Below, in pieces: positions 27,230-37,132 of a stretch of 64,000 nt of DNA. This DNA is from an uncultured Gammaproteobacteria bacterium (GTDB taxonomy: Bacteria > Patescibacteriota > Patescibacteriia > Magasanikbacterales > GWA2-37-8). Both the position numbers and the translations under genes were made by a program. Within the stretch, counting starts at the first letter, position 1; the number at the start of each line of letters is the position of its first letter. The stretch lies in contig CAYXJO010000003.1 in NCBI GenBank assembly GCA_964465205.1, positions 14,693-78,692 on the forward strand, in the 5' to 3' direction. The notes below the pieces were generated by a model. The model did not search any database and was not told the origin of the DNA. It was given only the letters and a program-made list of their open reading frames with translations.

Positions 27230-30200
27230 ATGAACAACGTATTAAAATTAGGTAAAAAAATCTTTACCTTCAGCGTTGTCGCCACAACTATCATGTGGTC
27301 TTTGGGCGTTGCCACTTTGGTTCCGTCCGTTGCCCAGGCTGCCGACGTATGTCCGGCTGGCTTGGCTGCCAACGACGTAGTCAAAGTCGGTAAGAACCCG
27401 AAACTATATGTGTTGGGCGCCGACTTGAAGCTCATCAACTCTATTGACAACCAAGTTGTCACTAAAGCTGGTAAAAAATATTATTTCAGCGCGTTTAAAT
27501 CTTGGAATATCGATGATAACTACGGTACTATCAAGAATATCTCCGCTGAATGTTTCTCCGCTCTTGGTATGGCCGGCAAAGCGTTCGGCTATCGCCCTGG
27601 TTCCCAATTACTCAAACATCCGGTCACCGGCAATTTGATTGTCGTTCTCCCGGGTCGTTCTTGGGCCAACATCTCTGAAGCTGCGGCTACTGCTTTGTAT
27701 GGCTATTCTGCCAGCATGGTTTTGCCGACCTTCACTGATAATGACTTTATCTATTCCCTTGATGGTGGCCAGAAGGCCGACATCACTGCTTCTGTTGCTC
27801 ACGACGGTATGTTCGTGAAACAGGACAGCAAAGTGTACTATGTAACCGGTGGTAAATTGGTCGAAGTGACCGAAGCCGGTGTAGCCGCCAACCGCGTCCG
27901 CACCAGCATCATCCGCTCCGTTGCCACCACTGGTCTTACTGTAGACACTGCCAAATACGATTCTAATGTCGTATCTGTGTCCGATCGTACTGGTACCGGT
28001 ATTACTCCGGGCACCACTGGTCCGGTCGTAACTGGCAACATGACTGTGTCTTTGGCTGCGAACACCCCAGCAACTGCTGGCGTTCCTTACAAAGCCACTC
28101 ACGTTCCGTTCCTCACCTTCAATATCAATTCTTTGAATGCCGCTACTATTTCTAGTATCACATTCAAGAGAATTGGCTTGGGTGACAACGACAACTTCTT
28201 GAAAGTTTGGTTGGAAAAAGACGGAACCCCAGTTTCCAATGCTCAAACTGTTGGTAGTGATGACACTGTGATCTTGTCTCCGAACATGCTCGTGTCTGCT
28301 GGCAACACCACTTTGACTTTGGTGGCCAATTTGGCTACTGCTGGTGCCAGCACCGCCATGGAAGATGGCTTCCAGGTGACCGCTGTTGACGCTGGTACCG
28401 GTGTTACTGTTGCTGGTCTTCCAGTATCTGGTAACAAAATGAACTATCGTGCAGTTGAAGTGAACAGTGTTACTTTGACTGACAAGGGTTCTGACGCCAG
28501 TGTAAAAGTAGGAGATACCGGCGCCATCTTGGGCGAGTTCTCCATGCAATATACTTCTGGCAACGATACCAAAGGTTCATTTGAATTCATCCGCTTGCGC
28601 AATACCGGTGATGCAAATCTTACCGATTTGTCCAACTTGGTGTTGACCGAGAATGGCGTAGCTGTGTCCGCTCCGGCGGCCGTCAGCGGTGATTATGTCA
28701 CCTTCGTATTGAACAATGACGCCAAATTGATTGGCGACAGCAAGACCCGCAATTTCGAACTTACCGCTACTATCAACGGTGGTGAGAATGCCAAGACCTA
28801 CAATTTCGTCTTGAAAGATGTCCGCGATATTTATGTCAAAGACGCCTACAATGGCTATGGCGCTTCTGTTACTAAGAATAACTTGAACTGCAACACCGAA
28901 ACCGACGAATTGTGTGTCTATACTTTGGATGCTGGTCAATTCACCGTTTCCAACGATGATTCCAACCCAAATAACAGCAAATACATCAAGAACACCAAAA
29001 ACATCACCGCCATGGTTGCCAAGATGAAACTTGGTCAGGGCGTGAATGTCGAAGGTTTGAAAGTGTACCTTGCCAGCGGTACTACTGCCGCTTCGGTATC
29101 TGAAGTCAATGCTGATATCGAACGCGTACAATTGTATGTGGGCGATCGCAGAATCGGCACTGTGTCTGCTGTGACCGATGGCGGTGGTGCTATTACCACC
29201 CATTACTATGATTTTGACACCAGCTTCTCTTTGAAGAATGCTGACCTTGTCAAAATAGTGGTGGATCTCAAATCCAACGCTGCCAATCATACTTATAAAT
29301 TCACCTTCAGTTCCAGCAACTTTGTCACCCCAGAATACACCAACGGTGACACTGTGCCGACCGCTTCTCGCAGTGGTGTTGTTACTAGCAACAACCTCGA
29401 GATCACCAGCTCTACTGTAACTGTAGTGGAGAATGATGGTTACACTACCGATCAAACCTTCTTGATTGGTTCTACCAATCAGAAATTGATGCAGGTTTTG
29501 GTGAGCGCCGGCTCTTCTGCCGATGTCTATATCAAGACTTTGAAATTCAGCATGTCTAGCACTTCTGCCTACTCTTACTTCACCAACATGTATGTCATGT
29601 TCGATGGTGTAAAGTTTGATTTGACCAAAGACATGACTTCTGGTGGTACTGTCAGCTTTACTGGTATCAACAAATTGTTGGCGAAAAATGCTCAAACTAC
29701 CGTGGCCTTATACGCCGATGTGCAGACTGGCTTGGAGAACAACGCCACTTCCACCTTTACCTTGGCCAACACGGACAATGGTACTGTGATGGAAGATAGC
29801 GAAGGTACTGCTACTGCGTTCACCGCAGTAACCACTCCTCGCTTGAAATTCGTTAGCTCCGGCACTTTGTCGGTGTCTACCGATTCTGCGACCCCGTTGT
29901 CTTCTTTGGCTATCGCCGGTCAAACCGTTGATTTAGCCACCTGGAGACTGTCGGATCAAAATGGTGCTGTTGATGTGACCGATGTGTACGTCGCTAATAC
30001 CGACGGATCTGTATCGTCCTTGTCAACCAGCGCTGCCGACTTCATGGTCAGCAAATATCAACTTGTCTGGAAGGGCAATGTGATCGCCGAAGCCGCTCCT
30101 GTGAGTGGTAAGGTTCACTTTGATCTTGCTTCCGACAAATATATTGCTGTTGCCAATGGTGGAACTGAAAAAATCACTGTCCGCGCGGTGTTGAATAACA

Positions 30201-30892
30201 TCAGCAACGTTGCGAACACTGGTAAACAGTTCAAATTGGCCTTGTATGCCATGGAAGCCCAGAACAAGAGTGGTACCACTCTCAGCTCTATTACCGGTGT
30301 TGCGACTAGCGACAGCTATGTCTCTACTACCGCGAAATTCGGTAATAGCATTATGACTGTGAAGACCGCTCCGACCTTGGCTACCGTGAATACCCTCGGC
30401 ACATTGTCCAACGGCGCCACTGAAATCTACAGATTTACAGTGACTGCTCCGGTAAATGGTGATGTGACTTGGAATAAAGTGGTATTGTCTGTCGGTGGTT
30501 CCTGTACCGGCGGTACTGTGGCCGTCTGTCTCGGTGACACCACTGCCATGCGTATCAAATCTGGCGGTACTAATATCCCAGCCACTTTCTCCACCTCGTC
30601 TGGTAAACTTACCATCGATTTGACTGGTGTAGAGAGTGTGTCTGCCAACTCTTCGGTTACCTACTATGTAGAAGCCGATTTGGCTCACTGGACCATTGCC
30701 GATGACACCTTAACCGTTAGTATCAAAGACGCGGGTGCTGGCTTCAACACTCCTGGTGCTTATGACGTGACTGCCACCACTTTCCGCTGGGCTGATAACT
30801 CCGGTGTGTACGAATCTACCACCGATGAACAGTGGTACAATGGTTACAAAGTGTCTGGTTTGGACACTGCCACCTACAAACTTCAGAAATAA
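27230..30892 (+). CDS. Large secreted S-layer-like surface protein
   Basis: Signal peptide ending VAQAA; Thr/Ser/Val/Ala-rich beta repeats; strong C-ending codon bias (TTC, AAC, TAC) suggesting high expression. Confidence 0.75.
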   Translation: MNNVLKLGKKIFTFSVVATTIMWSLGVATLVPSVAQAADVCPAGLAANDVVKVGKNPKLYVLGADLKLINSIDNQVVTKAGKKYYFSAFKSWNIDDNYGTIKNISAECFSALGMAGKAFGYRPGSQLLKHPVTGNLIVVLPGRSWANISEAAATALYGYSASMVLPTFTDNDFIYSLDGGQKADITASVAHDGMFVKQDSKVYYVTGGKLVEVTEAGVAANRVRTSIIRSVATTGLTVDTAKYDSNVVSVSDRTGTGITPGTTGPVVTGNMTVSLAANTPATAGVPYKATHVPFLTFNINSLNAATISSITFKRIGLGDNDNFLKVWLEKDGTPVSNAQTVGSDDTVILSPNMLVSAGNTTLTLVANLATAGASTAMEDGFQVTAVDAGTGVTVAGLPVSGNKMNYRAVEVNSVTLTDKGSDASVKVGDTGAILGEFSMQYTSGNDTKGSFEFIRLRNTGDANLTDLSNLVLTENGVAVSAPAAVSGDYVTFVLNNDAKLIGDSKTRNFELTATINGGENAKTYNFVLKDVRDIYVKDAYNGYGASVTKNNLNCNTETDELCVYTLDAGQFTVSNDDSNPNNSKYIKNTKNITAMVAKMKLGQGVNVEGLKVYLASGTTAASVSEVNADIERVQLYVGDRRIGTVSAVTDGGGAITTHYYDFDTSFSLKNADLVKIVVDLKSNAANHTYKFTFSSSNFVTPEYTNGDTVPTASRSGVVTSNNLEITSSTVTVVENDGYTTDQTFLIGSTNQKLMQVLVSAGSSADVYIKTLKFSMSSTSAYSYFTNMYVMFDGVKFDLTKDMTSGGTVSFTGINKLLAKNAQTTVALYADVQTGLENNATSTFTLANTDNGTVMEDSEGTATAFTAVTTPRLKFVSSGTLSVSTDSATPLSSLAIAGQTVDLATWRLSDQNGAVDVTDVYVANTDGSVSSLSTSAADFMVSKYQLVWKGNVIAEAAPVSGKVHFDLASDKYIAVANGGTEKITVRAVLNNISNVANTGKQFKLALYAMEAQNKSGTTLSSITGVATSDSYVSTTAKFGNSIMTVKTAPTLATVNTLGTLSNGATEIYRFTVTAPVNGDVTWNKVVLSVGGSCTGGTVAVCLGDTTAMRIKSGGTNIPATFSTSSGKLTIDLTGVESVSANSSVTYYVEADLAHWTIADDTLTVSIKDAGAGFNTPGAYDVTATTFRWADNSGVYESTTDEQWYNGYKVSGLDTATYKLQK

Positions 30893-30927
30893 GTTTGAAT
30901 GGTAAAACTCCCTTAAACAGAGTTTCC

Positions 30928-30956
30928 AAAAACCGCCCTTCACGGGGCGGTTTTTT
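30928..30956 (+). terminator. Intrinsic terminator
   Basis: AAAAACCGCCCT-TCAC-GGGGCGGTTTTTT. Confidence 0.88.
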
Positions 30957-31131
30957 GGTAGTTGGGGTCAAATGTTTTTGTGGGCGAAAGTTATCCACAG
31001 GGATGAAAATTGGGGACGCGCCGAAAATGTGATATAATATTTATGAGGAAGGGGAAATGATCTTGAGGAAACTCAAGATCGTTTTTTTAAGAGATAATTA
31101 TATCAATTGTTTTTAATTTTTGCTTAAAAAT

Positions 31132-31659
31132 ATGTATAAAAAAATGCGTATTTGGGTGGTGATAGTGGCTTTTTTGGTTTTGGTGGTTGGTGGTGCCGGA
31201 GTGTTCTTCGGGTATAGTTGGTTTTTGGGCAAACAGGCACGGGTGCTAAGTGGCACGGCACGGCCAAAATTTCCTTATCGAGATTACAGTATCGAGGAAT
31301 TAAATAAATTGTACCCACAAGAATTGAATGTGGATGTACCGACCACGCGTACACCAGAAGAGACTCATGCATTGTTTGTGGCGGCATTGAAAAAGGGCGA
31401 TTTCGATGAAGCGGTGAATTGTTGTTTTCGTAGTGGGGACAGAGCCAAGACTTTGGAATTTTTGAATGGAGTGAAGCAAAAGGGGATGTTGGATTTGATG
31501 ATTGGGGATATTACGCGTGATTTTGAGAAGGATATGATGTTGGATACGATGGCGACTTATGTATTTTCTGGCACTGGTCCAAAAGGTGAAAAAAATATGG
31601 CTGGTACTATGCATTTTAGAAAAAATTCCGAAGGTATTTGGTATATTGAATCGTTATAG
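31132..31659 (+). CDS. Hypothetical membrane-anchored protein (possible NTF2-like domain)
   Basis: N-terminal TM; TPEET..LFVAALKKGDFDEA and C-terminal F.KNSEGIWYI. Confidence 0.7.
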   Translation: MYKKMRIWVVIVAFLVLVVGGAGVFFGYSWFLGKQARVLSGTARPKFPYRDYSIEELNKLYPQELNVDVPTTRTPEETHALFVAALKKGDFDEAVNCCFRSGDRAKTLEFLNGVKQKGMLDLMIGDITRDFEKDMMLDTMATYVFSGTGPKGEKNMAGTMHFRKNSEGIWYIESL

Positions 31660-31661
31660 AT

Positions 31662-34157
31662 ATGTGGTCAAGGAGGAAAAATATTTTTCAAATTTTTTGG
31701 TTAGCAATTTTAGCAGGCTCGGCTTGGATTATTCCGGGCCGAGTTTTGGCTTATGATACCAATGTCGCCCACCCAAATATTGCCGAACTGGCAGCTCAAA
31801 TATATAATGAACGATTTCCAAATCAACAGTTGAGTCTGGCGGATATGGAAAATATTAAGCTCGGAGCGCGGCTGGAAGATGTGCCTACTCGGTGGTATCA
31901 GCATTTCTATGACCCCATACACGGCCGCGGTATTTGGTTCAATGACAACAAACAAACCGCCTTGAGCTGGGCCACTGATCCATTTGCTCAAGTGAATTTT
32001 TCATTGGGAGATAATAGTTGGCAAAGAGCCATTAGTGATTGGCAAAAAGGGGATAGGGCACTAGCTATGCAAGAATTGGGTCACACCATTCATCTAATCT
32101 CTGATATGGCGGTGCCGGCACACACACGCGACGATATTCATCCGGCCGGCGATTCATATGAACAGTATGTGAAAAACAATTGGTCGAGCGCGGTTGCGGG
32201 TTTGCGTTATGACTTCCGAAGTTTGAATAGCTTAAATACCGCTTTTTATGCTTTGGCCAAATATTCCAATGGTAACTTTTATAGTGATGATACGATTGAG
32301 CATTGGAATTATAAAATAATTAATATCTCTGGTCATGACAGAAAATATTTTAATAAAAGAAATTATTTGTTCGCCAAAACTGCCGACGGTCATTATTTGT
32401 ATGGTTTTGAAAATTTGATTTGGACGGCTAGCATTAAAGATGTTAGGTATGACGAGATTCTCAACAGCTATGCCTCCCGCCTTATCCCACAAGCTGTGGG
32501 TTATAGTGCCGGAATGATAGATTTATTTTTTCGAGAAGCCACCAAAAAACAAACAGAAAAACTACCTTGGTTGCGCTCCAATTTATCTGGTGTAGTAGAT
32601 ACCGCCGGCGGTGCGGCTCTTACTGCGGCCGAAGGGGCCAAGGATTGGCTTGTCGGCTCCAATGTGTGGGGAGAGGGTGTGCAACAAATTGGCGAAGATG
32701 CACTACGTCAAGTGGATATTACCATGACTGAAAAGGCCCAAATAGCGCGAGGCGAAATTCCACCCGCTACGCCGCCCATATCCGATTCGCCTATAGCAGC
32801 CACAGATTCTGTTTCTACTCCCACGCCATCAAACAGGCCTGCTGTAACTACCACCACCATTGTAGCCACTCCTATTACTTCGACTCCAATATATACTGGC
32901 GGTGGCAGTGCGTATGGCGGTGGCAATGTGCCTGTTCCCGAATCTGAGCCAACCTCTACAATACCTACCTCCACACCACCCACCGATCCCCCCACTTCTA
33001 CGCCGATTACTACCTCTACTCCTAGCCCGACCTCTACCCCTGAAGTGCCCACACCCACCTCTACCCCCACTTCTACGCCAGAGACTCCTACCACAACCCC
33101 AGAAACCCCTACCAGCACCCCAGGCACTCCTACTACCACTCCAGACGATACACCACCTGCCATGCCCACAATTATACTCGCTACACCAGACGCTAGCCGT
33201 CCGATAGTGCAAATTTCAGTCACTTCCACGGACGCTTCGTCTTCGCCGGTCGCATTTGATATTGTTTATACCACTGCACTGTCCCCACTAGATACCGATT
33301 GGAAGCCATTTATAGTCAGTAGTACCGCCACCGTACACAATTTCACTGCTCGGCGCGGATTGATTTATCAATTTCGCGCTCGTGCTATTGATCAAGTCGG
33401 CAATGTTTCAGATTTTTCCAAAATTGCGAGTACCACCTTTGATCAAATTAGTCTAAATGGCACGCAAAGCGAATCCGAACGTGTTTTGACTGCCGAAAAT
33501 AGTCCGTATTTAATAAACGGTAATCAGTGTTATATTATTCCGGCTGGCACCAAACTTACCATTGAAGCGGGGGTGGAAATCAAGATTGGCAAATATCTTT
33601 GTATAATGGTGAATGGTATTTTGGATGCCCAGGGTGATAGTGATGCGCATATTACTTTCTCTCAGCTTAACCCGGGTGAATATTGGGCGCAGATATTTTT
33701 GAATTCCGCTACCGCAACTTTTAATTATGCTGATATTACGGGTGGCGATACAGGTGGGTTATTTGTTTGGAAGCGGGGATTGGTATTTGCAGATAATAAT
33801 TCCTATTTGGAATTAAACAATTCTACTGTTGACGACTTGTATGAAATGGCCGGTGCCGCGGTTGGTGCCAAAGATTCAGTGGTCAAAATACGTGATAGTG
33901 TTTTGGCGGACACCGGCATATCTTCCAATTGTGGTAATAACGTTTGTAATCACGGTATCCGAGCTGGTGGCGGAACATTATATTTGGATAATGTGCTGCT
34001 TCGCAATGTGGTATATGGTATACGCGCCGGCTTACCCGGGTACCAGTCGTATCCTGTGGTATATTCAAACAACTTTTCCAGCATTATGGGCGAGAATATC
34101 GGAGTTTTATTTATGCCGGATAATGAGTATTTTATCCGCACTTCTACTCCTGTTTGA
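31662..34157 (+). CDS. Secreted Zn-dependent phospholipase C/P1-nuclease-like protein with Pro/Thr linker, FN3-like and beta-helix regions
   Basis: Signal peptide then YDTNVAH; HFYDP; LGHTIHLISDMAVPAH; YQFRARAIDQVGN. Confidence 0.75.
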   Translation: MWSRRKNIFQIFWLAILAGSAWIIPGRVLAYDTNVAHPNIAELAAQIYNERFPNQQLSLADMENIKLGARLEDVPTRWYQHFYDPIHGRGIWFNDNKQTALSWATDPFAQVNFSLGDNSWQRAISDWQKGDRALAMQELGHTIHLISDMAVPAHTRDDIHPAGDSYEQYVKNNWSSAVAGLRYDFRSLNSLNTAFYALAKYSNGNFYSDDTIEHWNYKIINISGHDRKYFNKRNYLFAKTADGHYLYGFENLIWTASIKDVRYDEILNSYASRLIPQAVGYSAGMIDLFFREATKKQTEKLPWLRSNLSGVVDTAGGAALTAAEGAKDWLVGSNVWGEGVQQIGEDALRQVDITMTEKAQIARGEIPPATPPISDSPIAATDSVSTPTPSNRPAVTTTTIVATPITSTPIYTGGGSAYGGGNVPVPESEPTSTIPTSTPPTDPPTSTPITTSTPSPTSTPEVPTPTSTPTSTPETPTTTPETPTSTPGTPTTTPDDTPPAMPTIILATPDASRPIVQISVTSTDASSSPVAFDIVYTTALSPLDTDWKPFIVSSTATVHNFTARRGLIYQFRARAIDQVGNVSDFSKIASTTFDQISLNGTQSESERVLTAENSPYLINGNQCYIIPAGTKLTIEAGVEIKIGKYLCIMVNGILDAQGDSDAHITFSQLNPGEYWAQIFLNSATATFNYADITGGDTGGLFVWKRGLVFADNNSYLELNNSTVDDLYEMAGAAVGAKDSVVKIRDSVLADTGISSNCGNNVCNHGIRAGGGTLYLDNVLLRNVVYGIRAGLPGYQSYPVVYSNNFSSIMGENIGVLFMPDNEYFIRTSTPV
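32940..33165 (+). repeat. Pro/Thr/Ser low-complexity repeat (PTSTP units) within CDS
   Basis: C-rich tract encoding repeated PTST/TPET. Confidence 0.8.
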
Positions 34158-34308
34158 AGTGTTTGACACCCAAGTCTATTTTCGGTAATATATAGAGGCA
34201 AAAAATTAGTAAAATTTAGTATTTTTATATGGCATTTTTAATGCCATATATTCTCATTCGTTCAATAATGATTAAACACATTTAATCATTATTTCACTCA
34301 TTACGAAT

Positions 34309-36393
34309 ATGCGCAAAACCCTCGAACAGGTGGTAAAAATTTTAATTTACGCCACTTTTTTTGTACCACTAATTGTGGTACCGTCGTCGTTTATTTTTCC
34401 GTTTATTGTACCGAAAATTCTAATGTTTAGATCGCTGGTGGAAATTATGTTGGGGGCTTATGTCCTGCTACTAATTATCAATTGGCAAGAATACAAGCCG
34501 CGATTTACCGCGCTCAACTTGACTTTGGCCGCATTTTTACTCAGTTTTGCGCTTTCGACTTTTTTTGGGGTTGATCCGTATCATAGTTTTTGGGATAATC
34601 ACGAACGTATGTTGGGGTTGTTTACCATTATTCACTGTGTGATATATTATTTCATTTGTACCGCCATGTTTCGCACTTGGGCCGATTGGAAATGGGCGTT
34701 GCGCGGGTTTCTCTTGGCCGGTGCGGCCGTGATGTTTGTGGCTTTTATGCAAACCCAGAATCCCAATCTTTTATTGGGTCAGGGATCGTCGCGTACTGCT
34801 AGTACGTTGGGCAACCCAATTTATGTGGGTGGCTATGGGTTGTTTTTGACATTTGTAGCGTTTTTGTTGGCCATACGCGAGAAAAATAATGTCTGGCGAG
34901 CAGTAGAAATAGTTTTGGGACTGTTGGCATTCTTGGCGATTTTTTGGAGTGGCACGCGTGGTTCGCTATTGGGATTTGTGGCGGGTGCGGCGGTAGCGGT
35001 ATTGGGTTATATAGTAGTGCTCAAAGAACACAAAAAAATTCGTTGGAGTCTGATAGGCATTGCGATTTTGGGAGTAGTAGCGATTGGTTTATTATATGGA
35101 TTTCGCAAAACCGAATTTGTTACCAATTTGCCGGCAGTGGGGCGTACGGTCAACACTTCTTTGGCCGATGTGCAGGCCAGTCCGCGTTGGATTGCTTGGA
35201 CGATTGCAATCCAGAGTTGGAAAGATATGCCGATTTTTGGTTGGGGTCCGAATAATTTTTTCTATGCATTCAATGATCACTATAATCCGCGCTCGTTGGA
35301 TTTTGGATATGGCGAAACTTGGTTTGATAACGCCCACAATATTATTGTAAATACCTTGGCGGTGCAGGGGACATTTGGTATTCTCACTTATTTGGCTGTT
35401 TTTGTCATCGGAGTGTTATCGCTCATCTTAGCCTGGCGTAAATTTGGACTTAATTTCCATATTGCGGTAGTTGGTTCGGCGTTTTTGGTAGCACACTTAG
35501 TGGGCAATATTACTGTGTTTGAAAATCCAACATCATATTTGTATTTCATGTTTTGGCTGGCATTTCTAAATAGTGTGGCGAATCCGCGTGAACAAAAAAA
35601 CGCGGAAGTAGAGGACAAAACCAAAAAAGTAGTGGCTAAATCCGCAGCGCCAGATCGCAAGATTGGTGCCGGGGCGATCTCCGGGGTAGGGGTGGTAGTA
35701 ATGATTTTTGTGTTTGTGTTTAATATCCAACCGGCGCGAGCTAATATGATGACATTGGACGCGATTCGTTATCTATCTCAAGACGTGATTTTGGCCGTAC
35801 CAGCGATGAAAACCGCTCTGGAGTTCAATTCTCCGCATATTGATGATATTCGAGCAGATATTGGCCGTACCGCGGCCCAGACATTGGGAGCGGCATATCA
35901 GAAATTAGGCAAAGATCGTAGTAATGAGATACTGCAGATCGCTTATGATAATTTAAAGAAAAATTTAATTTTGCATCCTTTGGATATTCGCAATCAGCTG
36001 ACTTTGGCGCAACTCGCGCAACTTGGCGCAGTGATTAACCAGAATATTAATTTTATCTTGGATGCAGAGAAATTTTTGGATGATGCCCAGGTCAAATCTC
36101 CACGTCGCCAGCAGGTAGCTTATGCTTTGGCCGGAGTGAAAATGCAATTAGGTAAAAATGCCGAAGCGTTTAAAATTTTAGAACAGACCATTACCGACAA
36201 TCCGCGCGTTGCCGAGAGTTATTGGCGGCTAGCTTATGCATATAAGGTGTTGGGCAATCAGGTAAAAGCCGTGGAGGTTCTTAATTTGGCGAACAAAAAC
36301 GGCGTGGTATTTGGCGAACAGGATCAAGGGATAGTGTCTCAGATACTTGCACCCACGCCCAGTTCTTCTGCGGCGGTGAAGATCAATAAGTAA
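34309..36393 (+). CDS. O-antigen ligase/oligosaccharyltransferase-family protein with C-terminal TPR-like region
   Basis: STLGNP, SGTRGS, PIFGWGPNNF, DNAHN motifs; many TM helices; helical repeat tail. Confidence 0.9.
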   Translation: MRKTLEQVVKILIYATFFVPLIVVPSSFIFPFIVPKILMFRSLVEIMLGAYVLLLIINWQEYKPRFTALNLTLAAFLLSFALSTFFGVDPYHSFWDNHERMLGLFTIIHCVIYYFICTAMFRTWADWKWALRGFLLAGAAVMFVAFMQTQNPNLLLGQGSSRTASTLGNPIYVGGYGLFLTFVAFLLAIREKNNVWRAVEIVLGLLAFLAIFWSGTRGSLLGFVAGAAVAVLGYIVVLKEHKKIRWSLIGIAILGVVAIGLLYGFRKTEFVTNLPAVGRTVNTSLADVQASPRWIAWTIAIQSWKDMPIFGWGPNNFFYAFNDHYNPRSLDFGYGETWFDNAHNIIVNTLAVQGTFGILTYLAVFVIGVLSLILAWRKFGLNFHIAVVGSAFLVAHLVGNITVFENPTSYLYFMFWLAFLNSVANPREQKNAEVEDKTKKVVAKSAAPDRKIGAGAISGVGVVVMIFVFVFNIQPARANMMTLDAIRYLSQDVILAVPAMKTALEFNSPHIDDIRADIGRTAAQTLGAAYQKLGKDRSNEILQIAYDNLKKNLILHPLDIRNQLTLAQLAQLGAVINQNINFILDAEKFLDDAQVKSPRRQQVAYALAGVKMQLGKNAEAFKILEQTITDNPRVAESYWRLAYAYKVLGNQVKAVEVLNLANKNGVVFGEQDQGIVSQILAPTPSSSAAVKINK

Positions 36394-36409
36394 ATTGTAG
36401 CACCTACAT

Positions 36410-37126
36410 ATGTTTTTTTCAGTCGTAATCCCGGTGTACAACGAGGAGCGACGTATACCCAGAAGCATTGATCAGATTTTTGATTTTTTTGCCGGTTTTA
36501 CTGACCACCGAATAGAAATAATTTTTGTGAACGACGGATCGTCTGATCAAACTGCCAAGGTATTACAAGATTACCAAACGAAATATAAATTCAAAGTTAT
36601 TGATTACACAGTGAATCGCGGCAAGGGTTACGCTGTAAAACAAGGGGCGTTGGCCGCTGGTGGTGATTGGATAATATTTTTTGATATTGATTTGGCTACT
36701 CCCTTGAATGAGTTCAATCATTTATTGCAGTTTATGAAATCAGACGACCGACTAATTATTGGTAGTCGTCGTTTGGGTGAATCGAAAATTGAAAAAAGTG
36801 AATCAAGTATCCGAGTGTTTTTGGGTCAGGGTTTCACCAAGTTGTCCAATATTTTGGTGCCCGGCATTACCGATTTCACTTGTGGTTTCAAATGTTTTTC
36901 TCGGCAAGCGGCGCAAACTATTTTTCCTTTGGCGCGAATTGATCGTTGGGGTTTTGACACGGAATTATTGTATATAGCCAAACTAAAGAAGTTGTCTATA
37001 CGTCAAATGCCGGTAGCTTGGGCACATGACAATGATTCACGAGTTAATGTAATTAAAGCCGTGATCAGTTCGTTTCGCGAATTGTGTCAGATGAAGTGGA
37101 ATCAAATCAAGGGTTTGTATAAATAA
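36410..37126 (+). CDS. GT2 polyprenol-phosphate glycosyltransferase (Alg5/DPG synthase-like)
   Basis: VIPVYNE, NDGSSD, NRGKGYAVKQG, DIDLAT, CGFKCF, WGFDTE. Confidence 0.9.
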   Translation: MFFSVVIPVYNEERRIPRSIDQIFDFFAGFTDHRIEIIFVNDGSSDQTAKVLQDYQTKYKFKVIDYTVNRGKGYAVKQGALAAGGDWIIFFDIDLATPLNEFNHLLQFMKSDDRLIIGSRRLGESKIEKSESSIRVFLGQGFTKLSNILVPGITDFTCGFKCFSRQAAQTIFPLARIDRWGFDTELLYIAKLKKLSIRQMPVAWAHDNDSRVNVIKAVISSFRELCQMKWNQIKGLYK

Positions 37127-37132
37127 GTTTTT

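Noticed and set aside
27608-30688. Long antisense ORFs (313, 372 and 221 aa) opposite the S-layer-like gene
   Set aside because: Expected shadows of strong codon bias in the sense gene; no motifs or start signals.
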